Positions 1 through 10,150 of a stretch of DNA of 64,000 bases are shown here, in pieces (within the stretch, counting starts at the first letter, position 1; each line of letters starts with the position of its first letter). The notes below the pieces were generated by a model. The model was not told where the DNA came from. It worked only from the letters and a program-made list of their open reading frames with translations, and searched no databases. Source of the stretch: a virus; IMG/VR virus record IMGVR_UViG_3300048593_000672, positions 1 to 64,000 of that record, one strand, 5' to 3'. The translations under genes and the position numbers were made by a program.

Positions 1-215
1 ACTTCCTCCTCGAATCTTAGCCTCTTGGAGAGTCAGCAACCTGCAAACAAACTTGATCAATCACTAAATAGAGCATTACGCTGATTCTACATATTGATAC
101 AAAACCCCTTGACCGTAAACACTTCAAGGCTTTTGTATCTTGGACTACATTCTGAATTTGGAATTGCTGATTGATGACACGCTCTAATTCTTCAGCAATT
201 TCTGCGATTAATTTA

Positions 216-260
216 AGGCGGCACCCAGATTTGAACTGGGGAATGGAGGTTTTGCAGACC
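216..260 (-). other. 3' half of tRNA-Cys(GCA): phage attachment core (attP or attR)
   Basis: Reverse complement GGTCTGCAAAACCTCCATTCCCCAGTTCAAATCTGGGTGCCGCCT gives anticodon arm, T arm and acceptor 3' strand; the 5' half and D arm are absent. Confidence 0.85.
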
Positions 261-314
261 CAAGTCCCACAACATCTAAACACTGATTATAGGGGAGCTT
301 GACAACCCCGTAAA

Positions 315-791
315 TTAATTGGCTTGAATTTGGCTTAAACCCATTTGTTTTAGTATTTCTGTCATCTTTTTTGATAACTGTAACTGTTCCTTCATCTTGT
401 CAACACTTATCGTTATTAGCTTAATAGCTAATGGAGCTATGTCCTCTGGCTCTAAATGCTTTATAACGATACTCTCAATCATGCCTTTGTCTAAAGTTTG
501 GCTTACGGCTTGTTGGTAAGCTTTGCTGGCTTCTTTAACATCCTTAATTTCATCATTTTCAAAATAATAATTTAGTTCATCTAGGGTAACATTCCACATT
601 TTGGCAATAGTCTTCATATTGTCCCATTCAGGCGTAGAGGTCTTTTTGGGACTTGTCATTGTTTGAATGAAGCCGTGAGAAACTGTATTGCCCCCTAAAT
701 CAGAAAACCACTTTGCTAGTTGATCTTGAGTCATTCCCAGTTCATCTTGCTTATCTACAAATAATTTGATTAATTTTTGTCGGTTTAGCAT
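315..791 (-). CDS. Xre/CI-like HTH phage repressor
   Basis: N-terminal GMTQDQLA HTH; divergent from the early operon; next to att. Confidence 0.7.
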   Translation of the reverse strand: MLNRQKLIKLFVDKQDELGMTQDQLAKWFSDLGGNTVSHGFIQTMTSPKKTSTPEWDNMKTIAKMWNVTLDELNYYFENDEIKDVKEASKAYQQAVSQTLDKGMIESIVIKHLEPEDIAPLAIKLITISVDKMKEQLQLSKKMTEILKQMGLSQIQAN

Positions 792-884
792 CTTGATTGT
801 TGTTAAAGGGGTTTATCAATTAATAACATCGAGCAACATAAATTGGCAAGGCTGTAAAGCAAAATAGACACTAAAATTGCAAGC

Positions 885-913
885 TTGACAACTCTAGTCA
901 GTTGTGAGATGAT
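885..913 (+). promoter_or_regulatory. Sigma70-type early promoter overlapped by ACAACT-N6-AGTTGT operator
   Basis: TTGACA-17-GATGAT; inverted repeat at 888-905. Confidence 0.65.
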
Positions 914-939
914 AAACTGTAGTTTAGAGAGGATTAATT

Positions 940-1575
940 GTGTCAAAACAAAGACATAATAATGATGCCTACTACACCCATGCGGGATTGGTGAAGGCAT
1001 TACTGGATAACGTGGAGATTAGTGGGACTGTGTGCGAACCCTGTGCGGGGGAGGGGCATATTGCATATCAGTTAACTGAGTCTGGGCTTGAAGTGGTTTC
1101 TAATGATGTTGATATGTCGCTAGATTATCCACACCATGTTCTTGATGCCACCACCAACTCTTGTTGGGACGTGATGGGCGAAGGGAAGGAATTTAAATGG
1201 ACAGTAACGAACCCTCCCTACCGTCAGCCCGACTGCCAAAAGATTATTGAAAATGCCTGGGAGTATTCTAAAGTTGGTATCGCAATGCTGTTGCGGTTGA
1301 CTTATCTTGAGCCTTGTGCTTTATCGTCTAAGGATGTCATTAACTGGACTCAACGCTATCCAGATCGTGAGTTGAGTTGGGATGACCTTAATGGTCGCGC
1401 ACCATTCCTAAAATCAGCCCCACTTTCTCATCTGCTGGTATTTAATCCCCGTCCACAATTTCGGACTGACACTAAGGGGACTGACAACACAACCGTTGCT
1501 TGGTTTGTTTGGCAAAAAGACTGGGCTGAAGGTACTCAAATCGAATTTATTACGGACTGGAAAACTAATGTTTAA
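940..1575 (+). CDS. DNA amino-methyltransferase (likely N6-adenine)
   Basis: EPCAGEG SAM-binding motif and TNPPY catalytic motif. Confidence 0.85.
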   Translation: MSKQRHNNDAYYTHAGLVKALLDNVEISGTVCEPCAGEGHIAYQLTESGLEVVSNDVDMSLDYPHHVLDATTNSCWDVMGEGKEFKWTVTNPPYRQPDCQKIIENAWEYSKVGIAMLLRLTYLEPCALSSKDVINWTQRYPDRELSWDDLNGRAPFLKSAPLSHLLVFNPRPQFRTDTKGTDNTTVAWFVWQKDWAEGTQIEFITDWKTNV

Positions 1576-1957
1576 AAACTGTACTTTTAACATCAATATC
1601 TTGCCTGATGATAAGCACCAGCAAGAGCAATCTGATAACTATGTCAAGCTTGGTGATTTTGATTATCAAGAGCCAACCGAGTCTTTGCTTCAAGAGTTAC
1701 ATTTGGTTAAGGGGGCTGATTATTATTGGCAAAATAATAGCTGGCTTGAAGCTTGTGAGCTATGGGTTTTGCCTACTCGTTTTGGGCAAGTCTATGATGC
1801 AATCCATTCTTCTGCTGGTGTTCTTATTTGTCAAGCAAATGAGGATGTGCTTAACTCTAGCTTGTACAGGCTACTAAAAGAGCATAAAACTGTCAGGATA
1901 GAATTTGTCACCGATGCGATCTATAACATCTATAAGGTAAGTCAAAATGCAAATTAA
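1568..1957 (+). CDS. Hypothetical protein
   Basis: ATG at 1568 overlaps the previous gene end; coupled to ssb. Confidence 0.6.
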   Translation: MFKNCTFNINILPDDKHQQEQSDNYVKLGDFDYQEPTESLLQELHLVKGADYYWQNNSWLEACELWVLPTRFGQVYDAIHSSAGVLICQANEDVLNSSLYRLLKEHKTVRIEFVTDAIYNIYKVSQNAN

Positions 1958-2315
1958 CACAGTAAACTTGGTGGGTCGGCTGGGACGCGATCCGGAAATT
2001 AAGTTTTTTGGATCGGGTAAAGTTAACGCAAAATTCCCTATCGCTGTTAACAACCCATTCAACAAAGATCAAGCCGATTGGTTCAATGTTGAGGTGTGGG
2101 GAGAAAAGACAGTTGATGTTGTTGCCAAGTATTGCAAAAAAGGCTCCCTAGTTGGCTTGACAGGTTATGTCAAGATTGAGCACTGGGACGATACAAGCAC
2201 TGGTGCTGCCCGTTCTAAGCCAGTTATTAATACTGACAACATTTATCTTTTGGGTGGCAAAAAAGACAATGAGCAAAAAACAACACAAAACTATGATGAG
2301 GAGATTGCTTTTTAA
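1947..2315 (+). CDS. ssb: Single-stranded DNA-binding protein
   Basis: NTVNLVGRLGRDPE, DWFNVEVWG, KKGSLV, acidic C-terminus DEEIAF. Confidence 0.95.
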   Translation: MQINTVNLVGRLGRDPEIKFFGSGKVNAKFPIAVNNPFNKDQADWFNVEVWGEKTVDVVAKYCKKGSLVGLTGYVKIEHWDDTSTGAARSKPVINTDNIYLLGGKKDNEQKTTQNYDEEIAF

Positions 2316-2317
2316 TT

Positions 2318-2845
2318 ATGAATAATTCACTTTATAGCATTAGTACCGAGTTATCGGAACTCAATTTTGCCATTAGCAATGCAATGGAGTCCGACGATCT
2401 CACCCCAGAACAAAAAGATGAATGTGTCTCTAGTTTTTTTGAGATTTATTTAGCTGTTGAAGAACGGTTTGATGAACGGATAGATTGGTTGGCGGCTGAT
2501 GCTAAACAGAATGAAGCCCAAGCCGATGCTTGTAAGGCAGAAGCTAAACGAATCAGTCAGATCGCAGCAACTTATGAGGCGCAAGCTGAACGTATTCGGC
2601 AAGCAATTCTTGATGCTATGCAACAGCATAATAAATCAAAGGTTAACGGTACCTTTTGCAAGTTGTCTATTCGTAAAAACGCTCCCAAGTTAGTTATTAA
2701 TGTTGGGGTTGATAATCTACCAGATCATCTTGTTAAGACAGCTATTGTCAAAGAACCAGATAAAGCAGCCATTAAAGAACACATTGGTAATTGTTTTAGC
2801 CCCATTGCCCACTACGAACAAACTCAATCTTTGGTAATCAAATGA
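2318..2845 (+). CDS. Siphovirus gp157-family protein
   Basis: Coiled coil followed by KLSIRKNAP...EPDKAAIKE. Confidence 0.8.
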   Translation: MNNSLYSISTELSELNFAISNAMESDDLTPEQKDECVSSFFEIYLAVEERFDERIDWLAADAKQNEAQADACKAEAKRISQIAATYEAQAERIRQAILDAMQQHNKSKVNGTFCKLSIRKNAPKLVINVGVDNLPDHLVKTAIVKEPDKAAIKEHIGNCFSPIAHYEQTQSLVIK

Positions 2846-3135
2846 ACAATGCAACTTTAAGCGGTGAACTTAGCTCTGATCCTCAAAGCCGATTTGTTAA
2901 TGATGGACAAACACAAGTTGTTAATGCTGTTTTGCAATTTAACAATTTTAAGGGCCAACCTGAGCGGATGAAGATCGCGGCTTGGGGCAATCAAGCTGCC
3001 GAACTGCAAAAATACCAGCAGGGGACAATGCTGATTGTCGAAGGCCGGTACAAGTCTTTAAAAATCGAACGGGATGGTTTTAAGGAAGATGTGCTTGAGT
3101 TGAATGTTTCTAAAATTCATGAGGTGAACGTATAA
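2842..3135 (+). CDS. Second SSB-like OB-fold protein (no acidic tail)
   Basis: NNATLSGELSSDPQSRF, IAAWG, LIVEGR. Confidence 0.75.
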   Translation: MNNATLSGELSSDPQSRFVNDGQTQVVNAVLQFNNFKGQPERMKIAAWGNQAAELQKYQQGTMLIVEGRYKSLKIERDGFKEDVLELNVSKIHEVNV

Positions 3136-3452
3136 TGCCAAATGTCAAAAAAGTTGACTGGGATGAGCTAAACGATCAAGGCCGAGTTTTGGAGACACTA
3201 GCAAAGCCACCATCACCCCCACCACAGACACCAAGTAAGCTACAACGTAACGAATTACGCTTTGAGCTTTACAAAGCCGCACTGACCGGTATCTTGGCTA
3301 ATAGTCTTACTCAGGACTGCATTTCTAAAGCCATTGAGTTATCGGGTGTTCCCGCGCAGCAAGCAGAGCCACTTGTGAGACAAGCTAATGCCAGAATTGC
3401 TTTAAAACAAGCTGATGCGGCTTTGGCTGAGTGGGAGAAAAACCAAACTTAG
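3135..3452 (+). CDS. Hypothetical phage protein
   Basis: Coupled ORF; AALTGILAN...ADAALAE motif common in small phage proteins. Confidence 0.6.
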   Translation: MPNVKKVDWDELNDQGRVLETLAKPPSPPPQTPSKLQRNELRFELYKAALTGILANSLTQDCISKAIELSGVPAQQAEPLVRQANARIALKQADAALAEWEKNQT

Positions 3453-3481
3453 TTAGACGACTACCAACAGGACTAAGATCG

Positions 3482-3509
3482 AAGGGGGGAGATTACCCCC
3501 TTATTTTTT
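3482..3509 (+). terminator. Intrinsic terminator
   Basis: GGGGG-agatta-CCCCC hairpin followed by a T tract. Confidence 0.6.
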
Positions 3510-3525
3510 AATCGCTATACAAACT

Positions 3526-6459
3526 ATGAACAACCATCAAGCACTGATAGACGGGCTTACGACGCTACATAAATACGCCCCTGATGCGTGGGTTTATCCC
3601 TGTAATGCTCAAAAAATGCCAGCAGCTTATCATCGTGGGGCACCTGACAGACACATCATCCCCTCCGACTTGTCCAAGGCTCTCAAAAAGGGTGAACTAC
3701 TACTACCTTGTCCCGCCGACAATGACAAGAGCTTAAACCAGAATAAAAACGTCATCCCAGACACCACTGGATTTAAGCTGTTGACTGGCCGCAAATTCAG
3801 TTATCAGTGCCAGCAAGTCGTGTTAATCGCCATTGATGTTGATGGGGATGAGGCGAGGGAGACGCTTAATGTTTTGCGTGGCGATCGCCCACTCCCCCCT
3901 ACTGTTACCTGGTCATCGGGAAAACATGGTCGTTGCACGTACCTCCACCATTTCTCTGCTGGTGCTATTAAAGACACGCTTAAGAATAAGTCCCTGGGCA
4001 TTAAGGACGGGCGGGTAATCAAAGTCAACGGTGGGAGGTTAGAGATCATTGCTAATTGGCCTGGGGTTGTTGTTCCCCCCTCCGCCCATGCTGAAACCGA
4101 TGGTTATACATTTTGGGAGGGCCGATCATTTGCTGAAATAGCGATCGCTGAATTGCCAGATTATTTTGTGAGTTACCTGTGGGAAGAAAAGCGGATTAAG
4201 TCGCTTGATGACATTAAGTTACCCGTAGATGCAACTATCCCACTAATCGAATGCTGCTCTAAAGAAGTTCGGCAATTAGTTAATGATGGGGTGCCTGAAG
4301 GTTCAGGACACAACGATCAGTCTATTGCAGTTGCGTTAGAGTTGGTGGCGGTTCAGCGTTATTTAGACTATTTGGGTCAGTCTTACGATGCGGATGCAAC
4401 AAGTTATTTTACCCGATTCTTGGTGGCAAGCAATGTTGATGGGCGACGAGCAGAAGGACGTATTGAATGGGCTAAAAGCAAAAACGTTATTGAGCCAGCC
4501 TGTAAGCAGGAAGGTGTCAATAACTGTATTCGCGGCTGGTATTGGACTGAACATCTAAAAAACAATAATAGTTTTTCACAATTGGCACCAGCCAGCAAAA
4601 ATAAAGCGATTACACCAGAACAACAATCCAGTATTTGGGAACAGTTAAAAACACTCTATCACAGTCAAAATAGCATACAGGACATAGAGCTAGGGATAGC
4701 TAAAATCGCTTTTGAAAACAGTCGTCAACGCTCGGAAATCGAACGTCTCTATCAGTCTGTTTGTAAGACATTAGAGCAGGATCTAGCTAAGGATTTAGCC
4801 AATGAAGAGTTTAGCGAGTTTCAACTTAATACCAACCTCTTAATTGATATTGCCGATATTCTCCCCCCAGAACTAGCGGTAGAGTTAAAACGTAAAGCCA
4901 AAAATCGTTTTCATCCTTTACGTTACTTGGCTTATCTGTGGCCAGCTTGCGGAACATTGGTAGGGGCAAAAGCCCATGTAGTTGATCCTCGCGCCTCAGA
5001 TTGGCAATCCTATTTTATTTTTTATTGTATTGACATGGGGCTTAAGGGGGATGGAAAAACCACTGCCGGTAATTCAATCATGTATTACTTATTAAATAAG
5101 TTAATTGAAGCTGATCAGGAATGGGTAAGACTCCAAACCCAATTAAAGAATGTAAAACGGGCGTGGAAGCGAATGACACCACCAGAGCGTGAACACAATA
5201 CTGGTGATGCCAACCTTGATCCAGATGCTTTTGAGGATACTATTGAGGCAAAGAAAAAATGGGTTTTTAATAATCCCACAGTGCCAGCCGTATTAAAGTT
5301 TTTATCCGAACAAGATCCGTGGCATTCTGCTATTTTATTTAATGATGAACTGGCAAGTTTGATTAAGGGATTCAATCAATATAGTAAGGGAGATGGTAAT
5401 GATAAGGAGTATTGGTTGCAAGCTTTTAATGGACGTTCCTATTACGGATCTGAGCGTGTAACCGAGGGCAAAACTCATCAACTCCGAGGTCAGTTAATAC
5501 AGATTGCGGGGGGGATGCAACCTGACGTTTTCCGACAGCATTTATCTTTAGCAAAAAATCAAGATGGTTTAACAGACCGTTTTTTAATCTGCGATCCGCC
5601 AGAGATTGATGTGCCGATGAGGATGGACTTTGTGGAAACTAATCATGTTGCTATGCTTAATAAGATTTTCAAGTCTTTAGAGTCAATTCCGGTTGACAAG
5701 GATCGCTTCAGTTCTTACCCAATTTACTTTGAATCGGATGCGGCTCAGTATTGGGAAAAGTGTTGGGTAAGACTTAATCAATTAAAAGCTGAAAATCGAA
5801 TTAAAAACCCAAACTTTAGCGGTTATTGCGCCAAACTAATCACATACTTTCCCCGTCTTGCTGGTATTCTTTCCCTTATTTGGCAAGCGCATTATCGGGA
5901 TGAGGATGAACAATTTATACCAGCAAAGATACCTTTACACATAGCAGAAAAAGCATGGTCGCTTATCTGTTTTTATGCAACTCAATATATCAAAGCCGCC
6001 GCTATGTCGGATGAGTCGGCCAACCCACTTAGCAAGTTACTGAAAGACATTTGGGTTGTGGTTGAGCGTGACGGATCTATTACCCCCAGGCAAATTATTC
6101 AGTATTTTGGCAGTCGCAACGTTGGACAAAAGTTTGACTCTGCTTTTGCCAAGAGTCAGCTACAGGTGTTGGCTGACAATGGTTATGGCATCATTGAGCC
6201 AACTAAGAACAGTGGTATTCGACTCATTTATAAGGCTCCATCCGTAATCAAACAATCTGTCTTTAAGTTGCCAGAAATTCCCAAGCAATTAATTAAAGGG
6301 TGTGTTGCTAAAGTTTTATCCCCCAACTATGGGGTTGAGACAGATAGCGTTTGCTTCGTCTTTGAGCTTGACCACGACAATGACATTGCCCAGGTAATGT
6401 TGGAGGGGATAGATAATCCAGTTCCCATTCCATTTAGGCATTTGGCAAAGCAAGATTAG
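3526..6459 (+). CDS. Prim-Pol (AEP) primase fused to DUF3987/YfjI-type P-loop helicase domain
   Basis: AIDVD and VVPPSAH Prim-Pol motifs; GLKGDGKT Walker A; NDEL, GGMQP, DGLTDRFL DUF3987-like motifs. Confidence 0.8.
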   Translation: MNNHQALIDGLTTLHKYAPDAWVYPCNAQKMPAAYHRGAPDRHIIPSDLSKALKKGELLLPCPADNDKSLNQNKNVIPDTTGFKLLTGRKFSYQCQQVVLIAIDVDGDEARETLNVLRGDRPLPPTVTWSSGKHGRCTYLHHFSAGAIKDTLKNKSLGIKDGRVIKVNGGRLEIIANWPGVVVPPSAHAETDGYTFWEGRSFAEIAIAELPDYFVSYLWEEKRIKSLDDIKLPVDATIPLIECCSKEVRQLVNDGVPEGSGHNDQSIAVALELVAVQRYLDYLGQSYDADATSYFTRFLVASNVDGRRAEGRIEWAKSKNVIEPACKQEGVNNCIRGWYWTEHLKNNNSFSQLAPASKNKAITPEQQSSIWEQLKTLYHSQNSIQDIELGIAKIAFENSRQRSEIERLYQSVCKTLEQDLAKDLANEEFSEFQLNTNLLIDIADILPPELAVELKRKAKNRFHPLRYLAYLWPACGTLVGAKAHVVDPRASDWQSYFIFYCIDMGLKGDGKTTAGNSIMYYLLNKLIEADQEWVRLQTQLKNVKRAWKRMTPPEREHNTGDANLDPDAFEDTIEAKKKWVFNNPTVPAVLKFLSEQDPWHSAILFNDELASLIKGFNQYSKGDGNDKEYWLQAFNGRSYYGSERVTEGKTHQLRGQLIQIAGGMQPDVFRQHLSLAKNQDGLTDRFLICDPPEIDVPMRMDFVETNHVAMLNKIFKSLESIPVDKDRFSSYPIYFESDAAQYWEKCWVRLNQLKAENRIKNPNFSGYCAKLITYFPRLAGILSLIWQAHYRDEDEQFIPAKIPLHIAEKAWSLICFYATQYIKAAAMSDESANPLSKLLKDIWVVVERDGSITPRQIIQYFGSRNVGQKFDSAFAKSQLQVLADNGYGIIEPTKNSGIRLIYKAPSVIKQSVFKLPEIPKQLIKGCVAKVLSPNYGVETDSVCFVFELDHDNDIAQVMLEGIDNPVPIPFRHLAKQD

Positions 6460-6463
6460 TAGC

Positions 6464-6492
6464 TTGACAACTCAAATTAGTTGTGTTTTAAT
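6464..6492 (+). promoter_or_regulatory. Sigma70 promoter with operator
   Basis: TTGACA-17-TTTAAT; ACAACT-N6-AGTTGT. Confidence 0.7.
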
Positions 6493-6518
6493 TGTTGATA
6501 GTTATAGTTTTTAAAACA

Positions 6519-6761
6519 ATGATTAAACAAGCCAAAAATTTATGCAAGGGTGACGTTATTTATTTAGTTGAGCAAAAAGTAGCGGCTACTGTTGTAGCTG
6601 TATATCCTCACTGGAATAAAGACTCTATTCAGCTTGCAGAAGTATTGTCGTTTCGCGGGGTGTATGGCACAACACAAACAAATGTTGTTCGCTTTAAAAA
6701 TAATTTTTGCATCCCAGTCATCGCCCAATCGGAGGTACATCGTGACATTAATCGCTCTTAA
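6519..6761 (+). CDS. Hypothetical protein
   Basis: ATG downstream of the promoter. Confidence 0.5.
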   Translation: MIKQAKNLCKGDVIYLVEQKVAATVVAVYPHWNKDSIQLAEVLSFRGVYGTTQTNVVRFKNNFCIPVIAQSEVHRDINRS

Positions 6762-6830
6762 ACAAAGTTCTACTTTTGTTTTGATAATGCTCTTGCCAAC
6801 TTTAATTTGTCTTGTTTTGTGGGGGTGGCA

Positions 6831-7829
6831 ATGATAACTTTTGCCAGTCTTTTTACTGGATATGGTGGGGCTGATCTGGGGGCTGTCCATGCAGGATTGA
6901 CCCGTGTATGGGGGATTGAAAAAGACCCTAGTATTGCTTACGTTGCCAACTTAAATCATGGTAACTATATCTTATGTTTAGACGCAAAAGATTGTAATTT
7001 TAGCTTGTTTCAACGTCCAGACTGGCTACACGCAAGCCCTCCCTGTACAACTGCCACTGTAGTTAATGACAAAAAAGAATCACAGGAAGATATTGATTTA
7101 GCTCAGGCAATTTGTCGAGCGATTGAGGTATTGCAACCTCAATATTTTAGTCTTGAAAATGTTGCGGGTTATGTCAGATATCAATCTTTTGCCAAGATCG
7201 TATCACGACTATACGATCTTAATTACGCATGGGATTATAAAGTCTTGGATTGTTCTGATTACGGAGTTCCACAAGCTCGAAAAAGATTATTCTTTGTAGC
7301 GTCAAAAAATCCCTCTGTTTTTGGATGGGTTGATCGCATTCCAAAAGTAGAGGAAAAAGCCAATTGGTATGACGCGATCGCTGATTTAATCCCTACTCTC
7401 CCAGAATGCAAGCTAAAAGAGTCTCAAAAAACAGCGTTAGTTAATAGTCATGAAGTTTTGACTAACTCCATTGAAAAGTCAGAATACTTCCGACAATTAC
7501 CAAATCTAGCTATTCAAAATAGCGGTTCTCGCAAAGATAAAGACGGGAATCCTACTAACACTATCCGACTAGCCAATGAGACTATCTGGACTATTAGGGC
7601 TATGTCTGGCAACGTCCGACCTAACCCCCATCAAGTAACTTTAATCGTTGATGGTCGGGTATTACGTCCTACGATTGAATGTTATGCCAGATGGCAATCT
7701 TTTCATAATAGCTATCAGTTTAGCGGTGATTTTAAGCTAGATATGCGCGGAGTGGGCAATGCAGTCCCACCATTAATGTTTTCTCAAATTGTAAGGAGTG
7801 TTTTAAATGATTTTTGCAAAACTTACTGA
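6831..7829 (+). CDS. DNA cytosine-C5 methyltransferase
   Basis: LFTGYGG, SPPC, ENV, GVPQARKR, GNAVPP motifs. Confidence 0.93.
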   Translation: MITFASLFTGYGGADLGAVHAGLTRVWGIEKDPSIAYVANLNHGNYILCLDAKDCNFSLFQRPDWLHASPPCTTATVVNDKKESQEDIDLAQAICRAIEVLQPQYFSLENVAGYVRYQSFAKIVSRLYDLNYAWDYKVLDCSDYGVPQARKRLFFVASKNPSVFGWVDRIPKVEEKANWYDAIADLIPTLPECKLKESQKTALVNSHEVLTNSIEKSEYFRQLPNLAIQNSGSRKDKDGNPTNTIRLANETIWTIRAMSGNVRPNPHQVTLIVDGRVLRPTIECYARWQSFHNSYQFSGDFKLDMRGVGNAVPPLMFSQIVRSVLNDFCKTY

Positions 7830-8136
7830 CATCGAACAACAATTACTTTTATTACTTGTTGATGGCATGACATCTGATGAAATTGCCACTATCTTAGGAA
7901 AGTCTAAAAGCACTATTGATAATCAAATTGCTGAACTAAGAGAAAAGACTGGTCACAAGACCCGACTAAGTTTGGTGAATGACTATTACAGATCAACTTT
8001 CTGTAAAGACACTATTCAGGATGAACTTAATATCTTAGATGTAAAAATTGCCGTGTGTGAGGCAGAGTTAGAAGTTCATCGCACTATGCGACAAATCAAA
8101 TTTAATCAATGGTTAAAAACTCAAAGAGGTTATTGA
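7807..8136 (+). CDS. LuxR-type HTH regulator
   Basis: LT..EQQLL.LLVDGMTSDEIATILGKSKSTI pattern. Confidence 0.8.
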   Translation: MIFAKLTDIEQQLLLLLVDGMTSDEIATILGKSKSTIDNQIAELREKTGHKTRLSLVNDYYRSTFCKDTIQDELNILDVKIAVCEAELEVHRTMRQIKFNQWLKTQRGY

Positions 8137-8137
8137 T

Positions 8138-9091
8138 ATGAAGACTTACATTATCACTTGGCTTCGTGGCAATCAGACTCTATATCTTAGCGAGATACTT
8201 GGAAGCCAATCAAATTGGAGTCATGACATTAAAGACGCTCTCAGATTCTCCCAAAACAATATTCCCAATCTCTGTATAGATAAGTTTTATCAAGTTCATG
8301 ACTTGAGTAAGCTTCGCAAACTAATTAAATCCCCCCTACGCTACCCAGGCGGCAAGTCAAGAGCCATCAAACACATTCTCCCACTTTTTCCCAAGGGGAT
8401 TTCTAAGGTTGTTAGTCCTTTTATGGGCGGGGGAAACATTGAGATTAATCTGGCAAATCAGGGAATTGAAGTTCATGCCTACGATAAATTTAGCCCGTTA
8501 ATTTTTTGTTGGCAATTAATCAACAGCGTTCCCGTTGAGTTTGCAACTTTAATTCAAAAGCATTATCCGTTATCAGAAGCAAGCTTCTATCGAGAGCAAA
8601 AGCGTTATTGTTCGTTACTGGAAGCGGACAATTTTATGGAGGTAAGACTTGAATTAGCTTTATGGTTCTTTATCCTAAACCGTTCATCGTTTAATGGTAC
8701 AACATTGTCTGGGGGGTGTTCTAATCCGTCAAAACAGTTCACTCAGTCATCTATTGATCGGGTACGTAACTGGCAAAAATTAGACAACTTAAAAATCGGT
8801 TATGCAGATTTCAAGGATTCACTAAATGCACACAAAGATGCGTTTGTCTTTGCAGATCCTCTATACATGATTGACAGCAATCTTTATGGCAATAAAGGCG
8901 ATTTACATAAGAATTTTGACCATCAAGGATTGTTTAAATACTTAAATGATAGAAATGGTTGGATTCTCTGTTACAACGATTGTTCAACTATCAGGGAGAT
9001 GTATTCACGGTTTAAAATTGTTGAACCTGAATGGAGTTATGGTATGGGCAAAAATAAAAAGAGTCGTGAACTCTTGATTTTAAATTATTAG
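8138..9091 (+). CDS. Dam-like (D12 class) adenine methyltransferase with variant DPLY motif
   Basis: SPLRYPGGKS, PFMGGG, LNRSSFNG; DPLY in place of DPPY. Confidence 0.85.
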   Translation: MKTYIITWLRGNQTLYLSEILGSQSNWSHDIKDALRFSQNNIPNLCIDKFYQVHDLSKLRKLIKSPLRYPGGKSRAIKHILPLFPKGISKVVSPFMGGGNIEINLANQGIEVHAYDKFSPLIFCWQLINSVPVEFATLIQKHYPLSEASFYREQKRYCSLLEADNFMEVRLELALWFFILNRSSFNGTTLSGGCSNPSKQFTQSSIDRVRNWQKLDNLKIGYADFKDSLNAHKDAFVFADPLYMIDSNLYGNKGDLHKNFDHQGLFKYLNDRNGWILCYNDCSTIREMYSRFKIVEPEWSYGMGKNKKSRELLILNY

Positions 9092-9093
9092 CT

Positions 9094-9492
9094 ATGGCTG
9101 CTAAAAAAATAGATATAAGCTATTGTGGTTACAAACCCAACCAAAAAGTAGATAAACTCTACATAAGAGATGGAGTTAAGTACTGGGTTGGGCCATATCT
9201 TGTTTTTGACCCAGAGCTAGAAATTAATACCAGCAGGGGACAAATGAAAAGGAAGCTCAAAGACCATCAAATTAGTCGATTAACAAACCATGTTCCTGTA
9301 TGTAGCAGCTTAGATGGCAAAGCTATTGTTATCCATAAGGATAGGATTAGACCCCACAAAAAAGATGCTGTTACCTTTGCTCATGTCTTTGGAACTGTTA
9401 ATAGCGGTGGTATTATCCTCGCTGGTGCTAGTTACGAAAAAGCGGAAGATTTATCGTTGGGGATTGAGTCAATAACTGAGCTTGACAACTAA
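9094..9492 (+). CDS. Hypothetical protein
   Basis: Coupled ORF in the early operon. Confidence 0.55.
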   Translation: MAAKKIDISYCGYKPNQKVDKLYIRDGVKYWVGPYLVFDPELEINTSRGQMKRKLKDHQISRLTNHVPVCSSLDGKAIVIHKDRIRPHKKDAVTFAHVFGTVNSGGIILAGASYEKAEDLSLGIESITELDN

Positions 9493-9510
9493 GCTTAGTT
9501 TTGATATTAT
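9482..9510 (+). promoter_or_regulatory. Sigma70 promoter with operator
   Basis: TTGACA-17-TATTAT; ACAACT-N6-AGTTTT. Confidence 0.75.
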
Positions 9511-9543
9511 TAAGATATTAAGTCAATCACAAAAACAAAAACA

Positions 9544-9777
9544 ATGGCTGATCCAAAATACAAAACCCTTGCTGAATTAGTTGAAGCTATTAAGAATGGA
9601 AGTCTTGATATTGAAGGTCAAGATTTATCTATTCAAATTGATAATGATTCAACTGCTATGCACTATTACGATGAAAACGATAACAGTAATGACGTTTTCT
9701 ACTTTGACGGGCAGAATCCTAGTTGTTTGTTAGAACAGGCTTTGACTCTTTTGGGTGTACCTTGGCAGAATGCTTGA
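9544..9777 (+). CDS. Small acidic hypothetical protein
   Basis: First ORF after the promoter. Confidence 0.6.
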   Translation: MADPKYKTLAELVEAIKNGSLDIEGQDLSIQIDNDSTAMHYYDENDNSNDVFYFDGQNPSCLLEQALTLLGVPWQNA

Positions 9778-10150
9778 CTCTAACCGTTTGAGGTTTGACT
9801 GCTCGGAAAGACGGGCTTTTATCAATCAATTAATTAATTACTTTATGTGTTCAAAAATGCGATTAGGTTTGCGGACTAGATGCCAAGCCGAAGCAGTTGC
9901 TCAGGGCTTCCATCCCGATTTGGGGCTTGCTGTGATGTCTCATTATCTAGATGAAATGTTGTTAGGTCAGCCAGTAAGTGATGTAGTTTTTGAGCTTAGG
10001 TTTTGGCGTAACCTTATCACGTTTGCTAATGACTTTGATGATCAAGCTGATAACCGCTTACATCAAGTGTATACCGAGATTCACAACGCAGTAAAAAACT
10101 ATTTAGCTTATGTCAAAAATACCAGCGAAGAGAAGTTACTGGCTAGTTAA
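9755..10150 (+). CDS. Hypothetical protein
   Basis: Coupled ORF (probable start ATG 9770). Confidence 0.55.
   Translation: MYLGRMLDSNRLRFDCSERRAFINQLINYFMCSKMRLGLRTRCQAEAVAQGFHPDLGLAVMSHYLDEMLLGQPVSDVVFELRFWRNLITFANDFDDQADNRLHQVYTEIHNAVKNYLAYVKNTSEEKLLAS

Noticed and set aside
17-283. 88-aa ORF
   Set aside because: Runs through the tRNA fragment/att site; no recognisable protein features
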